A stretch of 63,995 nucleotides of DNA, filler included, from Lenisia limosa (lineage: Eukaryota > Protista > Breviatea): assembly GCA_001655205.1 (NCBI GenBank). It is 12 parts of 12 records of this genome, joined end to end, with 100 filler letters (N's around TTAATTAATTAA, not from the genome) between each part and the next. Parts side by side here need not be neighbours in the genome. Positions count along the whole stretch, not along the records: positions 59,003 to 60,229 come from LPNZ01002049.1; positions 60,330 to 62,114 come from LPNZ01007171.1; positions 62,215 to 63,995 come from LPNZ01007303.1; 9 more parts are not named here. One strand, given 5' to 3'. Of this stretch, positions 60,034-63,995 are shown in pieces; the stretch's first letter is position 1; the number at the start of each line of letters is the position of its first letter. Below the pieces are notes generated by a model. That model saw only the letters and a list, made by a program, of their open reading frames with translations, was not told the origin of the DNA and made no database searches. Both the position numbers and the translations under genes were made by a program.

Positions 60034-60494
60034 TTGTGCTATTGGAGCTCTTTTCCTCAATTACTACTGAATATAAGAAACATTTTCATTTTTTATTCTT
60101 CAATCGCTTGAGCCAACATAATTGATTTTGTTTTGTTTCATGTAACTGTCCCTATTTACTCGTTGGCTGTTTTTTTGTTTTTTCATAAAAATGGCCCGTT
60201 TTAACTTGCCAGAAAATACTGGTTGCTTTNNNNNNNNNNNNNNNNNNNNNNNNNNNNNNNNNNNNNNNNNNNNTTAATTAATTAANNNNNNNNNNNNNNN
60301 NNNNNNNNNNNNNNNNNNNNNNNNNNNNNTGAACAAAAAAACCTGGAATCAACTCTGTTGGCGAGTTGTATACCGCAAGTAAAATTTAGATGAATAGATG
60401 AATAGAAAGGGTACTAATCACGAACCGAATAATAACACGGGGGTGATTTCTATGAGGATAGGAGGGAGGGGTGAAGGAGAAATTTTGATTCTGT

Positions 60495-62075
60495 ATTGAT
60501 AACACCAGGACAGCTTTTCTCCCTACTTCTAAGGGGCAAAAGTGGAGGACGATGTCGGTGGAGGCGCCCTTAGGCAGAATGACTGGAACAACCGAGGACG
60601 GTGACCACATTGCCGGGGGGTGTGACACTGAGGGGGCTACTTGGGTCAAAATGGGGAGAAAATCATAAACATGTTTAGTATGTACAATTAGGGCTTCACC
60701 TCGGTTCGAAAAAATACCTGAAAATGGAAGATTTGTTGAGAAATTCAGTCTTTTTTCGAACTCTAAGTACAGCTTACCCCCACCCCCCGCACCGGAGTAC
60801 TTTGGAAGGCGGCGCCGAACCTTCTTGCCCTCCACCTTCCGAACCTCATGGTCTTTCTCTGATATGCAAACCTGGGTTATAAATAAAAACCTGGGGGAGG
60901 GGGGGGNNNNNNNNNNNNNNNNNNNNNNNNNNNNNNNNNNNNNNNNNNNNNNNNNNNNNNNNNNNNNNNNNNNNNNNNNNNNNNNNNNNNNNNNNNNNNN
61001 NNNNNNNNNNNNNNNATAACAATGAATGAAAGGTGAGGGAGGTGTTCCTGACAGTGACACAACATAATCCAACTCAGTCTCGTAATCTCACGCATAGTGA
61101 TAGAAATGGAAAAAAACAAGGTAATATCTGGCCGAAGGACTAGGGTGTATAGAGAGATGACGACTAAAACAAGGTTATATCTGATCGAAGCCGTCCATTC
61201 CATCACACTTATACACAACCACCCAATCATTCACACGACACCACCGAGTACAACCAAGCCCACCTCCTGAGTGATGTTCACTGAGAAGCTGCCGTCGGCT
61301 TGGAACCTGAACCAGTTGAGCTCGGAATCGCAAAAAATATTTGAACGGGAGAAAAAGCGGAAAATGGAAAATTTATGAAGCACCACCAAAAAAACAAAAC
61401 AAAAAAACACAACCAAAAAATCAACTTCAAATCAGGCCAAAGCCAACCACCATCCAGCTTATAAGATATTTTAGATTATATGGAATAATGTCAACCTCAA
61501 CATACCCATTGGTGAAGGGAATGGTGATGGTGGAGGAGCTGTAGATGGGTGCGGAGTGGGTGATGGGCGGCGTAGTGCTGCTAACGAGTAGTTGACCCTC
61601 GCCCTGGAAGAGGAAGACAGTCGTGGAGCCCTGGCCTGGGGGTGGGGGAGGGTAAATTGGAAGTGAAGGGGGATCATGGAAAAGTAAGCAACAACAAAAA
61701 CAAATAATCTACTATTTGTTGAGGCGATAAATACTATTATATAGCTAATACTAGAATATAAAAATACATGATATACCAGAGGGATATAGAGAAATTAGGT
61801 GGTCACTGCACTACGGCGCATCGACTTGGGATTCTTGTGAAAACGTTGGAATTCCCATATTTTACATGGGAGTCCCAGAGAATTTTATGGGATTTCCAAA
61901 AATACGATGCGGCGCAGTGTGTTTAGTGTAAAATTCCGATATTATGGTCCTAAATTATCTATCCAGAGTGGAGAAATAAAAATTGAAACAATCCCGTACC
62001 TGTGGGTGTTGGAAGGCTGCTATCTGACTGGCTCGGGTCCTATATGGTCATTGGTAAGATGATAGAGATCGAGCA
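60495..62075 (-). CDS. Fragment of a beta-rich extracellular protein (possibly Ig/filamin-like)
   Basis: Phase-consistent exons GQGSTTVFLFQGEGQLLVSSTTPPITHSAPIYSSSTITIPFTNG|FQADGSFSVNITQE. Frames of the exons at 60500-60870 are ambiguous. Confidence 0.5.
61804..61919. mobile_element. 116-bp TIR element (CACTGC...GCAGTG); second, degenerate copy at ~41605-41695
   Basis: The two loci share GGCGCATCGACTTGGGA(T/C)TCTTGTGAAAACGTTGGAATTCCCATATTTT. The terminal repeat CACTGC..GGCGCATCG pairs with CGATGCGGCGCAGTG. Confidence 0.7.
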
Positions 62076-62329
62076 GGTGTCAATGGTAATACCCACATTG
62101 TTGCCAGTAATTAGNNNNNNNNNNNNNNNNNNNNNNNNNNNNNNNNNNNNNNNNNNNNTTAATTAATTAANNNNNNNNNNNNNNNNNNNNNNNNNNNNNN
62201 NNNNNNNNNNNNNNAAATGCATTTAGTGCATCTATCGTGTATCCAAGCGGCGCTTCACTACGGTCGGTAAGACCGAAAAGCTATCCGTGTTTATCGATGT
62301 TTATCAGGCATGTCTCAAGAAATTAAGTC

Positions 62330-63995
62330 TTTGCGGCCGAAATGATTGTGTATCAAATCACGTCCCTTCCCACCATCGCCGGCATTGATATAGGTCGCGT
62401 TGACTAGGTGGGGGTTGAACGTTCCACATTCTTTGGCTTCAGGTACCTGGTGGAGGGGCGTGAACAGTGGAAAATATTGGCGAAGAGGTCCAATCACAAA
62501 ATTGAATAATCTGAGCCCAATAACATAACGGCAGAAGCCCTCCCTCCCACCTCAGCTATGCAGTCCACAAGGCCACCAAAATGGTCGTAAGTGTCCATAA
62601 CCGTCGTGATGCCGAAAACTGTAGAATAAGGCGAAAATGCGCACAAGATTGAATGTTTATGACGGGGGAGAGAGTTCCGGGTTGAATGCTGACAAAACAC
62701 TTACCATAATCAGCATCAGTGTTGAGGTTGGAGAATTGGTCATATGCGTGAATTGAGAAAGTCAGTTCAGAGCCCATGAGGTTCGAAGAGGGAAGGCCTN
62801 NNNNNNNNNNNNNNNNNNNNNNNNNNNNNNNNNNNNNNNNNNNNNNNNNNNNNNNNNNNNNNNNNNNNNNNNNNNNNNNNNNNNNNNNNNNNNNNNNNNN
62901 NNNNNNNNNNNNNNNNNNNNNNNNNNNNNNNNNNNNNNNNNNNNNNNNNNNNNNNNNNNNGAGTGGGTGCATGTAACAATCGAGGACTATCCGATATCTA
63001 TCGAGACTTGTCCTGCATTTATCGAGAACTCTATGATGAACATACCAGTGACATAGCTCATAGTTGCAACGGGGAGGTCAGGATGGATGTCGACGTACAG
63101 CTAATCCGAGTTAATAACAGGTAACTAGATCCGAGCTGAATAGATTACACAAAAAAATACAAACTACTACCCCCCCCCCCCNNNNNNNNNNNNNNNNNNN
63201 NNNNNNNNNNNNNNNNNNGTTTTTTGTTTTTATGTTTGTGGTCTGTGTGCTTTGTTTTGTTTTGTGCTTTGTGTTTGCCCAGCCAACCCTTTGTTTTGTA
63301 CCATTACTACTTTTTTGCTCAGCATCAGTAGGACTCTTCAAAGGCTGGCTCGGGCTTGTTTTTGTGTTTGTGTTTTTGTCATCTGGCTTTTGTCAAGTTT
63401 TAGCGTTGGTTGCTCATGTTTGTTATNNNNNNNNNNNNNNNNNNNNNNNNNNNNNNNNNNNNNNNNNNNNNNNNNNNNNNNNNNNNNNNNNNNNNNNNNN
63501 NNNNNNNNNNNNNNNNNNNNNNNNNNNNNNNNNNNNNNNNNNNNNNNNNNNNNNNNNNNNNNNNNNNNNNNNNNNNNNNTCCCACTCTTGCTGAACTGCA
63601 GATCGGCCGTGAATCGTCCAAACGACTCGGCAATGTGTGCCATGACTTGTTGCGTGCCAGCGTCCTGTCCCATGGCTGCATGGAGGTTAGGGAATTGGTC
63701 TCCCTGCAATTAATTGAAAAAATAACAACAAAATTTAAAGTGGGATAGTGTAACCAGAACCCCATTTCAGACACTTTCATTTCTAATTTTGTCAATTAAT
63801 TTCTTCAAAAAATTAATTGCACGGAGCCCTAGGGATGATGGCTGCTTTAAATAGTTGAGAACCACTAAAAGAAGCTCCCATGCCAAGAACATACGGAGAG
63901 TTGGCAGTGTTGAGATCTTGAACACGTCATCATTGGACCTTCGGATGTCCCCCAGAACGTTAATGGCCTGGAAGACTACCGGGAAGACCACACCG
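62330..63995 (-). CDS. Fragment of a protein with filamin/Big-type Ig-like repeats
   Basis: Exons FPVVFQAINVLGDIRRSNDDVFKISTL, LYVDIHPDLPVATMSYVT and GSELTFSIHAYDQFSNL resemble filamin-type repeats (F.i.a.D..gN; v.v.p...s.v.G). Confidence 0.55.

Larger units (their letters stand above)
6299..62170. other. Artificial contig-joining spacers N44-TTAATTAATTAA-N44 (11 copies)
   Basis: The identical 12-mer, with stops in all six frames, is centred in 100-bp N blocks at 6299, 10559, 22292, 29168, 32990, 48932, 51719, 54016, 58947, 60274 and 62159. Genes are truncated at each one. Confidence 0.98.
12138..63032. mobile_element. Dispersed ~100-bp hAT-type MITE family (TAGGG...CCCTA, 8-bp TSD), about 19 copies
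   Basis: Copies at 12138-12236, 14483-14563, 19825-19903, 23988-24128, 24263-24419, 25298-25397, ~28551-28634, ~32420-32490, 35992-36089, 36457-36538, 37219-37317, 43141-43238, 49548-49651, ~54272-54321, 54920-55018, ~56536-56580, 60689-60768, ~62245-62305 and ~62981-63032. Perfect TSDs: TGAATACG (25298 copy), ATTATCAG (37219), TTAGTTGT (49548). Near-perfect TSDs at 23988, 12138 and 35992. Confidence 0.9.

Noticed and set aside
59778-60125. Repetitive ORFs (SLLLIQCP / EISKREEGH repeats)
   Set aside because: They are produced by the 27-bp minisatellite, and there is no splice or start evidence that it is translated.
6299-62170. Regularly recurring TTAATTAATTAA palindrome and apparent gene neighbourhoods across it
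   Set aside because: It is always centred in a 100-bp N block and has stops in all frames, so it is an assembly spacer. No cross-contig synteny (e.g. PDXK-LMBRD1-NfnA as a cofactor cluster) can be claimed.
988-63795. Many ORF-track entries containing long X runs
   Set aside because: They stay open only because N gaps contain no stops. The real coding sequence is in short spliced exons.
1-63995. Alternative genetic code or prokaryotic/organellar origin
   Set aside because: Conserved exons translate with the standard code, TAA and TGA terminate genes (14593, 41277, 52307), and GT-AG introns are pervasive. No rRNA genes or operon-like structure were seen.

Overview
This is eukaryotic, intron-rich DNA from a fragmented draft assembly, probably a microbial eukaryote using the standard code. 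It is not one locus. Eleven 100-bp artificial spacers (N44-TTAATTAATTAA-N44) join 12 separate contigs, so gene order across them means nothing. Spliced genes read by hand: REX1/REXO5-like RNA exonuclease, an ankyrin/coiled-coil protein, AFG2/SPATA5 AAA ATPase (fragment), pyridoxal kinase, a SET/post-SET protein, a ULK4/RUNKEL-like HEAT region, LMBRD1, a secreted/membrane protein built from one-exon 6-Cys repeats, a TM-HAMP class III cyclase lacking both metal-binding Asp, a Rab6-like fragment, FCF2, a bacterial-type NfnA/SudB flavoprotein with five spliceosomal introns, and fragments of large Ig/filamin-like proteins. Mobile DNA includes a 2.78-kb Fot1/pogo-like transposon with an intron-containing transposase, about 20 copies of a ~100-bp hAT MITE with 8-bp TSDs, and several other short repeat families. 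The most striking pattern is that introns of unrelated genes share homologous end modules placed exactly at the splice sites in mirror orientation (GT..GGGGG(A)GTAAAA at donors, TTTTAC(T)CCCCCAG at acceptors), which suggests an Introner-like, intron-generating element. All exon structures were inferred by eye with no database searches; exon coordinates are approximate unless stated as exact.
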